Of a stretch of DNA of 64,000 nucleotides, positions 1 through 10,139 are shown piece by piece. The notes below the pieces were generated by a model that worked only from the letters and a program-made list of their open reading frames with translations, did no database searches and was not told where the DNA came from. The position numbers were made by a program, and so were the translations under genes. Each line of letters starts with the position of its first letter. Position 1 is the stretch's first letter. Source of the DNA: Blastocatellia bacterium (GTDB lineage Bacteria > Acidobacteriota > Blastocatellia > RBC074); contig JAXLQQ010000008.1 in assembly GCA_046331525.1 (NCBI GenBank), positions 29,304 to 93,303 of the forward strand, in the 5' to 3' direction.

Positions 1-128
1 TCTTTCCCCGCTCATTTCATCAAAGCCAGTAGTTTGTGAGTTTAAGTACCCGGCGAAACAAGACGTGCGGGAGGCGAGGCACGCTCGTTGACGGACTTTA
101 TGGCTGGCAACCTAACGGCAATATCATC

Positions 129-1385
129 TCACCGCCTGGAACGACGCGCGACGTACTTATAAACCACCCCGCCTTTCATCACAAAGACGACGCGCCGCAC
201 CGCCGTGATGTCCCGTAGTGGATCACCATCAAGCGCGATAATGTCCGCTTGCAGCCCTGGCGCGAGGGAACCAATTTTGTCGGCCAGACCGAGCGATTCT
301 GCTGCCAGTGTCTGCGCAGAAACTAACACATCTTTCGCTGCCATTCCGCCGTCGCGCACACGGTTAATGAACTCTTCAGCATTATGGCCGTGCATCCCCG
401 CCACCGCGTCGGAACCGAAGACGATTTTTAGCCCTTTCACTTGCCTTGCCCGGTGCAGCAAGTCGTAATGCGGCGGCAAGAGTTGCTCCATCGGCGAAAA
501 ACCTTCCAGCGTGGCGGGGAAACCGAGCGTACCGACAAATTTCGTGCGGTTTTGCAGATAGTTTTTCAGTAATAGCCCGGCCTGCGGATCAAAGTACGTT
601 CCCTTTTCTGCGAGCAATTTCAGCGCCTCATCTGTTGCACCTAAGCCATGCTCAATTTGCCCGCAACCCGCCTGCACAGCAGCGGGGACAGCATCGCGGT
701 AGGCGTGCACGAGCGTGCGCAAGCCTTGCCTTTTCGCCTCATCACAAGCCGCGTGCAGTTGTTCCAGCGTAAGCGTCATCGGCCCTTGCCGCATGCCGCC
801 CGACGCCATGATTTTGATGACATCCGCCCCGGCTTCTTTTTGTTTTCGCACAAAGGCGCGAATCTCCTCCGGTGTCCCTGTTTGTTCACCACGCCCTTGC
901 AGCACTTCGACGGCGGTCAGGAGGCGCGGGCCGGGCAGTGTGCCGCGGGCGATTGCATCACGCAGCGGAAGGTCGAGCGCCGAACCTACGCTTTGCACGG
1001 TCGTGAAACCCGCCATCAGCGTAGCCCACGCATTTGCGGCAGCCGCGTAAGCCGTTTCCTGATCTGCTTTGCCAAAGCTCGCATTTTTCCCGTCCGTACC
1101 AAAACCCCAAGTAATATGCACGTGTGTATCAATCCAGCCCGGCATCACCGTCAAACCGCGCAGATCGTAATCCACCGGCCCGGCGTTGGGAACAAGCGCA
1201 CTGATCTTGCCGTCTTCGATGACAATCCGGGTATTGCGCAACATGCCGCCTTTGCCATCGAGCAAGCTGCTTGCAGCAATCACCAGGCGTTTGCCAGGCG
1301 GGTGCGGCTGTGTGTTACTTGATTGCGCTTTGCCACAAACGCTCAAGAAACTTAGGATAATCAGCATTATTTTCGTCGTTCGCAT
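129..1385 (-). CDS. Secreted amidohydrolase-superfamily metallo-hydrolase (ORF-track extent 129..1436; the signal peptide begins at the internal Met)
   Basis: Codon 17 of the ORF starts MRTTKIMLIILSFLSVCGKAQS, a typical signal peptide. A PGWIDTHVHI(T) metal-binding His motif and overall length are typical of amidohydrolases. Confidence 0.75.
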   Translation of the reverse strand: MRTTKIMLIILSFLSVCGKAQSSNTQPHPPGKRLVIAASSLLDGKGGMLRNTRIVIEDGKISALVPNAGPVDYDLRGLTVMPGWIDTHVHITWGFGTDGKNASFGKADQETAYAAAANAWATLMAGFTTVQSVGSALDLPLRDAIARGTLPGPRLLTAVEVLQGRGEQTGTPEEIRAFVRKQKEAGADVIKIMASGGMRQGPMTLTLEQLHAACDEAKRQGLRTLVHAYRDAVPAAVQAGCGQIEHGLGATDEALKLLAEKGTYFDPQAGLLLKNYLQNRTKFVGTLGFPATLEGFSPMEQLLPPHYDLLHRARQVKGLKIVFGSDAVAGMHGHNAEEFINRVRDGGMAAKDVLVSAQTLAAESLGLADKIGSLAPGLQADIIALDGDPLRDITAVRRVVFVMKGGVVYKYVARRSRR

Positions 1386-1727
1386 TTGTGTTTTTCCCTC
1401 GCTTCTATCCTCAAAATTCAATAATTTTCGCGTCATTTACACCGTAGCGTACTCTCATTGATGGCTATTTGCTCGGTGCGCCTCTTCAAGGTACGCTGAG
1501 GGCTGCGTTATGCCCAAACCCGGTACGGGTGCGGCTGTGTAGTGTACCTTATTTTCAAGGGCGAGCGTCCTTCCATTCCAACAGTTAATAGCGCTGAAAC
1601 CGGCGGGGTATTTTGAATTGCGCAGAATTTACGTAGTGGGGTATATTCACCGTCCACAAGCGCAATGATTCCCCCCTGCAGCTAATCGCGCACCTGACGC
1701 AAGGTGTCCTCATACATGGAGCTACAC

Positions 1728-3935
1728 ATGAAATTGGTCTGGAAAAGAACGACGTTATTCACGTTCATGGCACTTGGTCTGACTGCCGGTATCGTCTTCT
1801 CAGTGGTTTCAGCTCAAAACGCGGCAATTACGATCAATGTGGATGCCGCCGCGAATCGGCATGCGATCAATCCCCTGATTTACGGTGTCGCGCACGCTAC
1901 CGCAACCCAGCTGTCTGACCTCAATAGTCCACTCAATCGTAATGGTGGGAACAACACCACACGTTACAACTGGCAGCTCAACGCAGACAACCGTGCCAAC
2001 GATTGGTACTACGAAAGCCTCGCGTACAGCAGTGCGACGGCGGGCGAAGTCGGTGATACGTTTATTTCCAACACGAAAACCGCTGGCGCGCAGCCGATGT
2101 TGACCATTCCGCTCATCGGGTGGGTTGCCAAACTCGGCACGAATCGCGGCAAGCTGGCCAGCTTCTCCATCGCCAAATACGGCGCACAAACCGGCAATGA
2201 TTGGCAATGGTTTCCCGATGCGGGCAATGGCGTCAGGACAAACGGGCAAAACATCACGGGCAACGATCCGAACGATGCCAGCGTGCTGACGGATTCGCTT
2301 TATCAACAAGGTTGGGTTCAGCATCTGGTCGGGCGCTGGGGCACGGCGTCCAACGGCGGGCTTCGCTATTACATTCTCGACAACGAACACAGCATCTGGC
2401 ATTCGACACACCGCGACGTGCATCCCACGGGCGCGACGATGGATGAAATCAAAAACAAGATGCTCGACTATGCCGCGAAAATCAAAGCCGTTGACCCCGG
2501 CGCACTCGTCGTCGGGCCGGAGGAATGGGGCTGGAGCGGTTATTTATTGAGCGGCTACGATCAGCAATATGGCCCCTCGGTTGGCTGGAACTGGAGCTTG
2601 CTGCCTGACCGCAACAATCACGGCGGATGGGATTACCTGCCGTGGTTGCTCGACCAATTCAAACAGAACAACACGGCGACCGGCCAACGCCTGCTGGATG
2701 TGTTCACGGTGCACTATTACCCGCAAGGCGGCGAATACAGCAATGACACTTCGAGTGCAATGCAACTACGCCGTAATCGCTCGACGCGCTCGTTGTGGGA
2801 TGCGAACTACACAGACGAGACGTGGATCAATGACAAAGTGAAACTAATCCCGCGCCTGAAGCAATGGGTGGCAACTTATTACCCAAACACACCGGTCGGC
2901 CTCACCGAATACAACTGGGGTGCAGAAAGCCACATCAATGGCGCAACGACGCAGGCCGACATCTACGGCATCTTTGGGCGCGAAGGGCTGGATATGGCAG
3001 CGCGTTGGACAACGCCTGACGCTACCACACCAACCTACAAAGCGATGAAGATGTATCGTAACTACGATGGCAACAAATCCACCTTCGGCGAAACCAGCGT
3101 GGCGGCTTCCGTGCCCAACCCCGACAACCTCTCCTCCTTCGCTGCAACGCGCGCGTCGGACGGAGCGCTGACAGTCATGGTCGTCAGCAAAGTGCTATCC
3201 GGCAACACGCCCGCCACCATCAACCTGGCGAATTTCTCAAACACGGGAGTCGCGCAAGTATGGCAACTAACGTCCACTAACACGATCAACCACTTGGCTA
3301 ATATTAACTTCAGCGGAGGCAGTTTCAGCACGTCGCTACCACCGCAGAGCATTACGCTGTTTGTGATTCCGACCGCCTTCGGCAATCAACCACCCGTCGC
3401 TTCGGCGAGCGCAACTCCGACGACGGGACTAGCCCCACTCGCAGTGAATTTCAACGGCAGCGCTTCGTCTGATCCCGATGGCACGATCAGTTCTTACGCC
3501 TGGGATTTTGGCGATGGTACAACGGGTACGGGCGCGACCGTCAGCCACACTTACACTACAGTGGGAACGCTCAACGCCAGACTAACGGTGGCGGATGACA
3601 AGGGTGCCGTAGCTTCCATTACAATCCCAATCACGGTTACCTCGAACCTGCCTGCAGCACCGAGCAACCTGACCGCCACGGCAGCCTCCACAACTCAGAT
3701 CAATCTGAGTTGGAAAGATAATGCCATCAATGAAACGGGCTTCAAGATCGAGCGCTGCACGGGGTCTGGCTGCACCAATTTCACGCAGATTACAACGGTA
3801 AGCGCGGGGGTAAACAGTTATGCGCAGACGGGGCTGAACAAGAACACAACATACACATATCGCGTGCGGGCATATAATTCGGCAGGGAATTCAGCGTATT
3901 CCAATACGGCCAGCACTAAAACACCCAACCGCTGA
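1728..3935 (+). CDS. Secreted multidomain glycoside hydrolase: GH44-like catalytic region, then PKD domain, then fibronectin type III domain
   Basis: Signal peptide MKLVWKRTTLFTFMALGLTAG. An NGGNNTTRYNWQLN block that I associate with GH44 endoglucanases (family assignment tentative). DPDGTISSYAWDFGDGTTGTGATVSHTYT is a PKD domain. PAAPSNLTATAASTTQINLSWKDN...YTYRVRAYNSAGNS is an FN3 domain. Confidence 0.7.
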   Translation: MKLVWKRTTLFTFMALGLTAGIVFSVVSAQNAAITINVDAAANRHAINPLIYGVAHATATQLSDLNSPLNRNGGNNTTRYNWQLNADNRANDWYYESLAYSSATAGEVGDTFISNTKTAGAQPMLTIPLIGWVAKLGTNRGKLASFSIAKYGAQTGNDWQWFPDAGNGVRTNGQNITGNDPNDASVLTDSLYQQGWVQHLVGRWGTASNGGLRYYILDNEHSIWHSTHRDVHPTGATMDEIKNKMLDYAAKIKAVDPGALVVGPEEWGWSGYLLSGYDQQYGPSVGWNWSLLPDRNNHGGWDYLPWLLDQFKQNNTATGQRLLDVFTVHYYPQGGEYSNDTSSAMQLRRNRSTRSLWDANYTDETWINDKVKLIPRLKQWVATYYPNTPVGLTEYNWGAESHINGATTQADIYGIFGREGLDMAARWTTPDATTPTYKAMKMYRNYDGNKSTFGETSVAASVPNPDNLSSFAATRASDGALTVMVVSKVLSGNTPATINLANFSNTGVAQVWQLTSTNTINHLANINFSGGSFSTSLPPQSITLFVIPTAFGNQPPVASASATPTTGLAPLAVNFNGSASSDPDGTISSYAWDFGDGTTGTGATVSHTYTTVGTLNARLTVADDKGAVASITIPITVTSNLPAAPSNLTATAASTTQINLSWKDNAINETGFKIERCTGSGCTNFTQITTVSAGVNSYAQTGLNKNTTYTYRVRAYNSAGNSAYSNTASTKTPNR

Positions 3936-3943
3936 AGCAGTTG

Positions 3944-4205
3944 CCATCTGCCGCGACCGCAACGCCAGCTTTGCACCGCAGATCGTCGCCAAACAGCAAA
4001 CGCGGGGGAGGGCTTTGAGGACCTGATTCTCTCCCTCTATTCGCGCCGTCTGACGGTACGCGAAATTCAAGGCAACTCGCGAGGATGTCAGAAATTTTGT
4101 GTAAGTGAGAGCGGTTGATGAGGTACGCGTCCGGGTTTGGTGCGCAAGCCCGCAATGCCTTCGGTTTCGTATCGTTTGCGTCAGTTGTCGACTGCGACTT
4201 CGCCA
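3944..4205 (+). mobile_element. Relic of an IS256-family (mutator-type) transposase, with no intact ORF
   Basis: Translation fragments in shifting frames, AICRDRNASFAPQIVAKQQTRG / ILSLYSRRLTVREIQGNS / VRAVDEVRVRVW, resemble the conserved IS256 transposase block (DRNGSFEPQ.VKK ... IISLYAKGMTTR(D/E)IQ ... VTDAVMDEVRAW). N- and C-terminal parts are absent. Confidence 0.45.
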
Positions 4206-4235
4206 CAACCCAGGAGTTGTCTGACTACTTACTGA

Positions 4236-5258
4236 TTATAGCCGTAATAATCGCCCTTCCTCCGCAGCTTGATACAACGCGCATACCACTTCCAACGATT
4301 TGCGACCTTCGTGTCCATCCACAATCGGCGCGCGATTTTCCCGTACGGCCTGTAACATATCAGCGATCTGACGGCGATGCCCTTCGGTTGAAATGGCGGC
4401 GGGATTAGAGGAACCATCGGTCAATTGTTCGGCGCTTTCCGCTGCCGAGGTTTCACCTTCGATTTCCCATACGGTGATTTCATCGCCATCCAGCACAATC
4501 GTACCGCGCTCGCCCGAAAGCTCCAGCCGTCGTTTGAAACCGGGCTTGACGGAAGTGGTTGCAACGATGACGCCGAGCGCGCCGTTCTGAAACTCTACGT
4601 TACCAACCAGCGTGTCTTCCCCTTGAATCTGCGGATAGCGCAGGGCTTTTTTCATTGCTGAAGCCGTGGCAACCGGCCCCATCATCCAACGCAATAAATC
4701 TACCGTGTGAATGGCCTGATTGATGAGCGCGCCGCCGCCATCGAGCGCGAGAGTGCCGTGCCACGAATCCTGATAGTATTCCGGCGCGCGATACCATTTC
4801 ACATACGCATCGCCGAGGATCAATTTGCCAAGCTTGCCTGCGTCCAACGCCGCCTTGATCTTTTGTACGGCAGGCAAAAAGCGGGATTGAAAAATCACGC
4901 CCAACTGCACGCCCGCGTGTTCACACGCGGCAATCAAGGCATCGGCGCGGGCCAGATTGACTTCGATGGGTTTTTCCACCAAGACGTGTTTGCCCGCCGC
5001 CGCCGCCGCTTCGCCGTGATCGAGATGCAGGCCGCTGGGGGAACAAATGTTGACGATGTCGAGGCCAGGGTGAGCGAGAAAAGCCTCGTAATCGGTGTAG
5101 CCCTGCGCCTGATACTTGTCAGCCAGTTCTGCCACCCGCACGGCATTGCGGCCATAAACAGCCGCCACGTTTGTGCCGGGGATGGCGTTGATCGCTTCGG
5201 CATGCACTTTGCCGATCATGCCACCGCCGACAATTCCGAATCCAATTGGTTGGGTCAT
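4236..5258 (-). CDS. Gfo/Idh/MocA family NAD(P)-dependent oxidoreductase
   Basis: N-terminal Rossmann motif [17 protein letters not shown] and a C-terminal alpha/beta domain typical of the family. Confidence 0.85.
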   Translation of the reverse strand: MTQPIGFGIVGGGMIGKVHAEAINAIPGTNVAAVYGRNAVRVAELADKYQAQGYTDYEAFLAHPGLDIVNICSPSGLHLDHGEAAAAAGKHVLVEKPIEVNLARADALIAACEHAGVQLGVIFQSRFLPAVQKIKAALDAGKLGKLILGDAYVKWYRAPEYYQDSWHGTLALDGGGALINQAIHTVDLLRWMMGPVATASAMKKALRYPQIQGEDTLVGNVEFQNGALGVIVATTSVKPGFKRRLELSGERGTIVLDGDEITVWEIEGETSAAESAEQLTDGSSNPAAISTEGHRRQIADMLQAVRENRAPIVDGHEGRKSLEVVCALYQAAEEGRLLRL

Positions 5259-5275
5259 AAATTATCTTATACAGG

Positions 5276-5384
5276 TTTTCATTTCAGTGCCTGGCGCATG
5301 TAGTACCGGCTTCAGCCGGAAGCTGGGCCGGCCATTCCTTCCGGCTGAAGCCGGTACTACATGCGCCAGACACTGAAATGAAAA
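5276..5384. repeat. Long inverted repeat (47-nt arms with 1 mismatch, 15-nt loop) between two minus-strand genes
   Basis: ttttcatttcagtgcctggcgcatgtagtaccggcttcagccggaag / loop ctgggccggccattc / cttccggctgaagccggtactacatgcgccagacactgaaatgaaaa. Confidence 0.8.
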
Positions 5385-5427
5385 CCGATCCAGGTACGGC
5401 AAACAAGCTGTTTGCCGTACCTTTGAC

Positions 5428-6996
5428 TTAAAAGGTATATCCGAACGCGAGATTATAATGCCCGGCGCGTTGTCGTGTCGCGGGGTAAGCCGTCCACAAG
5501 CGCCGGTATTCGAGCGAAACTAAAAAATTCTGCCGCAACGCCCAGATAAAATTTGCTGACGCTGCCTGATTCTTCAACCGTGTAGCGCTCGTGATTTGCC
5601 CGCTGAACAGATCACGATTGCGCGGATCATCCTGCCCGTAGGCGAAATTGAAATCCAGCGTGGGATGCACTCTGTAATTCAATTGCGCCCAGCCGCCGAC
5701 AGAATAAACACCGCGAATCTTCGTCGTGGGACTGGTGATCGGCCCGGTCACGGCATACAAGCGGTCATTACGAAATCCGCTTGGTTCGCCCAGGCTGATG
5801 GCGCGGCCCGCGTAGGCTTCCCCCGTCAGGGTCAAGCGATTGCTCAAGGGAATTTGCCAATCTCCGGTGAGGGCATACGAGGTAACTTGGCGACCGAAGG
5901 AAAAGGAGCGGCGATGATGATAGCCGCCGAAGCCGAATTCCAGTTTATTTTCCGAAGCCAGCGAGTGACTGCTGACGATGCGTGCTTCATAACCGGGGCC
6001 GCCCTCAATCACTTCGCCCTGCAACGTGCCACCAAAGGGAATCAGCAGGCCGCCTTGCAATTGCAATTCGGAACCATCGCCCGTGCGCAGGCGATGTTCC
6101 AGCATCAATTGCGGTCGCCATTGCCACAAATTTCCGGCGGCAGCGAGTGGCGCAAACCACGTCGCGGCTAGGGACGAAGGGTTGCGCGGCGAAATCAACG
6201 GCTGGCGTTGCCCGACAATGAACGAAGTCCGTTCCCAATCCAGCCGCGCCGAGGCCGTCAGAATGCGCAACGTGCCTAACACTTCGCTGGCGTCGCCGCC
6301 CCAGAAATCAAAATCCGCCTCGGCGCTCAAGCGCGCGGCCCCCAGCTTTTCACTCAGGCGCGGCCCTTCAAAGGTAAACCCAATTTGTGTTTGTCGGAGC
6401 GAGGCACCAAGGTTATTTTTCCGCACTGCCGCCGCGGGCACAGGGGCAAACAATGGCACATCGTTTTGCGAAGAATCATTCGTGTTCAGAAAGGTATTCG
6501 CCAAAATCATGCCGTGCAATTTGACGCGCATTTTGCTGTCGCTTTCGACTTTGGTTTGCGAGTGTTCTTTGAGTTGTGCAGTATTGACTTCGACCTGTTC
6601 TTTGAGGGTATCGAATTCTGTTTGCGAGATGGCGGGTGCAACAGGCGCAGCGGGTGGCGCAGGCGCGGGCGGCCTGGATGGTTCGACTTTTCCCTCGGCC
6701 ACTTGTACTCCCAAAGCGGCTACGGCCTGCCGCAGCCGGGCGAGTTCTTCGGTGTTTTGCACGAGGCGTTGTTGCAGTTCGGTGTTTTGCTCGCGCGCAC
6801 GCCGAGCTTCCTCTTGCGCCTGTTCTGCCGCGCGTTGCGTACGTTGCAGGAGTTCATACAGGGCCGTTGTTTCAGTGACCGGCAATGGAGCAGGAATCGG
6901 CTTTTTCGGTTTGTGTTTGCGCGACTGCGCAGGCACAAGGTCAGCCACGAGCAACGCCAAAACAAGTACAACCAGGAAACAGCGTGACAGTTTCAT
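5428..6996 (-). CDS. Outer-membrane beta-barrel protein (porin-like) with N-terminal coiled coil and Pro/Ala-rich linker
   Basis: Signal peptide MKLSRCFLVVLVLALLVA. Heptad-rich QRTQRAAEQAQEEARRAREQNTELQQRL segment, PPAPAPPAAPVAP linker, amphipathic beta-strand pattern and C-terminal ...NLAFGYTF with terminal Phe. Confidence 0.6.
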   Translation of the reverse strand: MKLSRCFLVVLVLALLVADLVPAQSRKHKPKKPIPAPLPVTETTALYELLQRTQRAAEQAQEEARRAREQNTELQQRLVQNTEELARLRQAVAALGVQVAEGKVEPSRPPAPAPPAAPVAPAISQTEFDTLKEQVEVNTAQLKEHSQTKVESDSKMRVKLHGMILANTFLNTNDSSQNDVPLFAPVPAAAVRKNNLGASLRQTQIGFTFEGPRLSEKLGAARLSAEADFDFWGGDASEVLGTLRILTASARLDWERTSFIVGQRQPLISPRNPSSLAATWFAPLAAAGNLWQWRPQLMLEHRLRTGDGSELQLQGGLLIPFGGTLQGEVIEGGPGYEARIVSSHSLASENKLEFGFGGYHHRRSFSFGRQVTSYALTGDWQIPLSNRLTLTGEAYAGRAISLGEPSGFRNDRLYAVTGPITSPTTKIRGVYSVGGWAQLNYRVHPTLDFNFAYGQDDPRNRDLFSGQITSATRLKNQAASANFIWALRQNFLVSLEYRRLWTAYPATRQRAGHYNLAFGYTF

Positions 6997-7029
6997 ATCG
7001 GGCCTGGGTTGGCAATGAGCAAAACCGGC

Positions 7030-7425
7030 TCATCGCAGGTTGTGGGAAGTGGTGAGGGCGAGCGCGGCGACACAATGGTACAGCCTACTGAAATGGGTTT
7101 GCTTGCTCAGGCAACAATCCGCTTCGTGTGGGAAGGGGGTGCCGGAACCATCGGGTTCAATTAACGCTGAGAGCAAAACAAAATGAACTTGTGCCAGCCC
7201 CGGATTCGCACGTACCGAACGACAAAGTTCCAGGCCATTCAGGCCTGGCATATCCAGGTCGGAGATGATGACATCGGGGGGCGCGGCTTGCAATGCTTCC
7301 AGCGCGGCCAAGCCATTCGCCGCCTCCTGCACTTCGCAGCCTTCGCTTTCCAGCGCAATGGCAGTGACGGCACGAAAAGCGTCATCATCATCCACGAGTA
7401 AAACTTTAATCGGCATATAGCTCAT
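7030..7425 (-). CDS. Single-domain response regulator (CheY-like receiver)
   Basis: KVLLVDDDDAFR ... DVIISDLDMPGLNGLEL receiver signature, with no output domain. Confidence 0.85.
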   Translation of the reverse strand: MSYMPIKVLLVDDDDAFRAVTAIALESEGCEVQEAANGLAALEALQAAPPDVIISDLDMPGLNGLELCRSVRANPGLAQVHFVLLSALIEPDGSGTPFPHEADCCLSKQTHFSRLYHCVAALALTTSHNLR

Positions 7426-7575
7426 TTCTCCCAGCCTGCGGTAGCCTTGAAAATATGTTCGTGCCAGAAATTCAATTCTCCATTTTCAAATCTTCACTCT
7501 CCATCGTTATGCAGGAGCAGAGGGTTCTGCTGGCTTAAGAATGAAGAAGCGAAAATTGAAAATTGGCAGTACACT

Positions 7576-9393
7576 TCATTTGCTGACCTCAGCCGAGTCC
7601 AGGGGCAATAGCAAATAAAAATCCGCGCCGGTCGTGCGCGTGGCGTCGAAGCCAATTGAGCCGCCGTGCGCTTCGACAATGCTTTTGGCAATCGCCAGGC
7701 CTAATCCGGTGCCGCCTAATTTGCCGTGACTGACGAACGGCTCAAACAATCGCTCCTGCACTTCCACCGGCACGCCCACGCCATTGTCAATCACGTCTAT
7801 GCGAACGTGCGCAGGCTGCACAGTGGCACGGATGATAATTTTGGGAGCCGGTAAATCGAGGGGTAACGATTGCGCGGCATTGTTGAGCAAGTTCTCCAGC
7901 ACGCGGCGCAGGCGCTCGCCATCCACCTTTAAGACGAGCGCTGCCGGAATGTCCGTTTCAAGATTCAGCGCAGCATAATTCGCTTTGACACTGCGCATTG
8001 CGCGCTCCACCAGCGTGCTGACCGCGTGCCCCGCTAACTCCAAACGATAATTGCCGCGCGTGAAATCCAGCAATTCGCGCAGCATTTCCTGCATCCGCTT
8101 CGAGGCGCGCAATTGGCTTTCAATCAGTGTCTTGCGCCGATCCAGTCCGAGGCCATCACGGTTGAGCATTTCAGCAGCCGTGGAAATGGCGGCCAGCGGA
8201 TTGCGCAGGTCGTGTACGATGGAACTAGCCATATGACCAATCGCGGCGAGGCGTTCGCGTTTGAGCAATTCGGTCTGTGATTGTTTGAGCGAGCGGCGCA
8301 TTTGATCGAAGGCGCGGGCTAATTCGCCCAACTCGCCCTCGGCCACAACTTTAATTTCCTGCTCGTAATTGCCGCTGCCTACCTCGCGCGTGCTTTGAAT
8401 CAGCGATTCAATCGGGCGCACGATGCGCCCGGCCATCAAATAGCTGAGGGCAAAAGCGGCGGCGATGCTGAGCGACCAGAGCATCAGCAGCAAATTGGAA
8501 ATCAGGCGAAACTGCTGGCTGATGCTTTCCAGCGAGCGCAGCATCACGACCTGTCCTAGGCGCTCCCCCCCAAAGCCCGTGAGCGTGCGCGAAAAGGCCA
8601 GCGCCGCCGCGCCGCCGAGGCTGATTTCAGCGGGGCGTGTCACGCTCGCATTTTGTAAGGCAGCCGAGCGGAGCAAGGGCGTCCAATCGGCATCCGTTGC
8701 TGAGGAAGAAGCATAAATTCGCTCTGGCAACAGAATGACGACATCGCTTTGCATCCGTTGTTTGATGGCCTGTGCCAACGCCTGATTCAGTTCCGCGCCA
8801 GTGCCCAGCACCGCCAGCGTGTTGCGATATTGATCGTTGCCCGATTGCAGCAGAATCGGCGTCAGGACAAGGTGATAGAGTCGCTCGCCAAAGAGCGCAA
8901 AGCCCTGGGATTGCTTCTGCTGTGTGGCCGTCTCACGCGCGGCAGCCAATGATTCCGACAGTGCAAACCCTTGCCCGTTGCGCTCAGCAAACGTGACCTT
9001 GCCCGCGCCGTCCGCCAACAGAATCAAATCCACCTGCGCCGTCGTTTCGCTGGTCAAATCGGCAATCATTTCGTGAATCGTGGCGCTGTCCTGCGCGGCG
9101 CGTTCATTGCCGAAGACGAGTTTGGCGATGGGCGAATTGGCCATCGTCGTGCCAATCGCGGCAAGGCTGCGCGTGTTCTCTTCCCACACGGCGTTATAAA
9201 TCGGCAGGAGGTTAATGATTTCGCTTTGCACCTGTTGCCGCGCCTGCCGCAAGACAACCGCATTGATAACCCACGCGGCGATTAGCAGGATGGCAGTCGA
9301 GAGCAACGCCGACAGAATAAACAGCCGCGTTCGCAAGCGCAGATGCCGCAGCGGGCTAGGGTTTGTACGTGGGCTTGTTGCGTTCGTTGTCAT
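7576..9393 (-). CDS. Sensor histidine kinase (two TM segments flanking a periplasmic sensor, HAMP, HisKA, HATPase_c)
   Basis: H-box HMASSIVHDLRNPLAAI. N/G1/G2 boxes LLNNAAQS ... DNGVGVP ... GGTGLGLAIAKSIVEAHGG. Confidence 0.9.
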   Translation of the reverse strand: MTTNATSPRTNPSPLRHLRLRTRLFILSALLSTAILLIAAWVINAVVLRQARQQVQSEIINLLPIYNAVWEENTRSLAAIGTTMANSPIAKLVFGNERAAQDSATIHEMIADLTSETTAQVDLILLADGAGKVTFAERNGQGFALSESLAAARETATQQKQSQGFALFGERLYHLVLTPILLQSGNDQYRNTLAVLGTGAELNQALAQAIKQRMQSDVVILLPERIYASSSATDADWTPLLRSAALQNASVTRPAEISLGGAAALAFSRTLTGFGGERLGQVVMLRSLESISQQFRLISNLLLMLWSLSIAAAFALSYLMAGRIVRPIESLIQSTREVGSGNYEQEIKVVAEGELGELARAFDQMRRSLKQSQTELLKRERLAAIGHMASSIVHDLRNPLAAISTAAEMLNRDGLGLDRRKTLIESQLRASKRMQEMLRELLDFTRGNYRLELAGHAVSTLVERAMRSVKANYAALNLETDIPAALVLKVDGERLRRVLENLLNNAAQSLPLDLPAPKIIIRATVQPAHVRIDVIDNGVGVPVEVQERLFEPFVSHGKLGGTGLGLAIAKSIVEAHGGSIGFDATRTTGADFYLLLPLDSAEVSK

Positions 9394-10093
9394 ACGGCTG
9401 CCCGTGTTTGTTGGGGTGCGGTTGCGGAATGTAACCCGCTTCGTTCAAGCGGATCACACCGAGGTCTACCACACCGCTACTGCTGACATTTATGGGGCGT
9501 GACTGCGCGGCTAATTCCTGGGGCGTGGTGCGTTCGTGCCAAATTTTTAGTTGATAACGGCCTTCGGGGACATCATTCAGTATCAGGCGGCCTTCCTGGT
9601 CGCTGATGGTGTGATAGGGCGAATCTACGCTCACGACAATGGCGCTCATCATCGGATGAATATTGCAGAAGATGTATGAGATGCCGACGCGATTGAAGGC
9701 AACGGGGCGCGATTCACCGCTGGCATACAGGCCAAGATCAAAGCGTTTGCCATTGAAGAGCGAAAAAACGTTGTGAAAAAAGGGATCGGAATTCGGGAAG
9801 TCAATTTCAGTTCCCTTCTCGACGATCATCACGTGCGGAATGAATCGCTTGCCCTGTTGGTTCAGTTTTTGACGGGGCGGATTCGTGCGTGCTGTCAGTC
9901 CTGGCGCTTCCAGCCACGCTACCACGCCGCTCGCATCCGGTTTGCCGTTGCGCGCTTTGACTTTGGCATTGAGCAATTCAATGCGCGCGGTCAGGCGAGC
10001 GCGCTGAAAAGAAGCGTGAGTGGGGGCAAGGCTCAGGGAAAGCAGCATGATCAGGGAGCAGATTATAGAGCGAATGGGAGTCATGGGAGTCAT
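9356..10093 (-). CDS. Periplasmic cupredoxin-like protein (putative type-1 copper site) with carboxypeptidase-regulatory-like beta-sandwich; first gene of an operon with the kinase and regulator
   Basis: The signal peptide starts at the internal MTPMTPIRSIICSLIMLLSLSLA. FHNVFS ... FCNIHPMMSAIVV gives a His...Cys-x2-His-x2-Met ligand pattern. DQEGRLILNDVPEGRYQLKIWHE is CarboxypepD_reg-like. The ORF-track N-terminus (to 10141) is encoded by a palindrome and is probably not translated. Confidence 0.55.
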   Translation of the reverse strand: MTPMTPIRSIICSLIMLLSLSLAPTHASFQRARLTARIELLNAKVKARNGKPDASGVVAWLEAPGLTARTNPPRQKLNQQGKRFIPHVMIVEKGTEIDFPNSDPFFHNVFSLFNGKRFDLGLYASGESRPVAFNRVGISYIFCNIHPMMSAIVVSVDSPYHTISDQEGRLILNDVPEGRYQLKIWHERTTPQELAAQSRPINVSSSGVVDLGVIRLNEAGYIPQPHPNKHGQPYDNERNKPTYKP

Positions 10094-10112
10094 AGAGCGG
10101 TTGGTGGTTAAT

Positions 10113-10139
10113 GTACTGCAAACATCTTGTTTGCAGTAC
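10113..10139. promoter_or_regulatory. Perfect 12-3-12 palindrome gtactgcaaaca-tct-tgtttgcagtac at the 5' edge of the cupredoxin / histidine-kinase / response-regulator operon (candidate operator)
   Basis: Read directly from the sequence. It is related to the GCAAAC...GTTTGC motifs at 17803-17869 and 23276-23380. Confidence 0.5.

Noticed and set aside
648-1322. Plus-strand ORFs overlapping the amidohydrolase gene (205..468, 446..772, 648..1322, 715..1050)
   Set aside because: They are shadow ORFs opposite a gene with clear family motifs.
6026-7018. 330-aa plus-strand Cys/Ser/Arg-rich ORF
   Set aside because: It lies antisense to the outer-membrane protein gene 5428..6996. Its composition is an artefact.
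7441-7500. TGGCAC hexamer between the kinase and regulator genes (possible sigma-54 -24 element)
   Set aside because: The -12 position reads TATTT with no GC dinucleotide. It more likely belongs to a small ttgaaaat/attttcaa palindrome.
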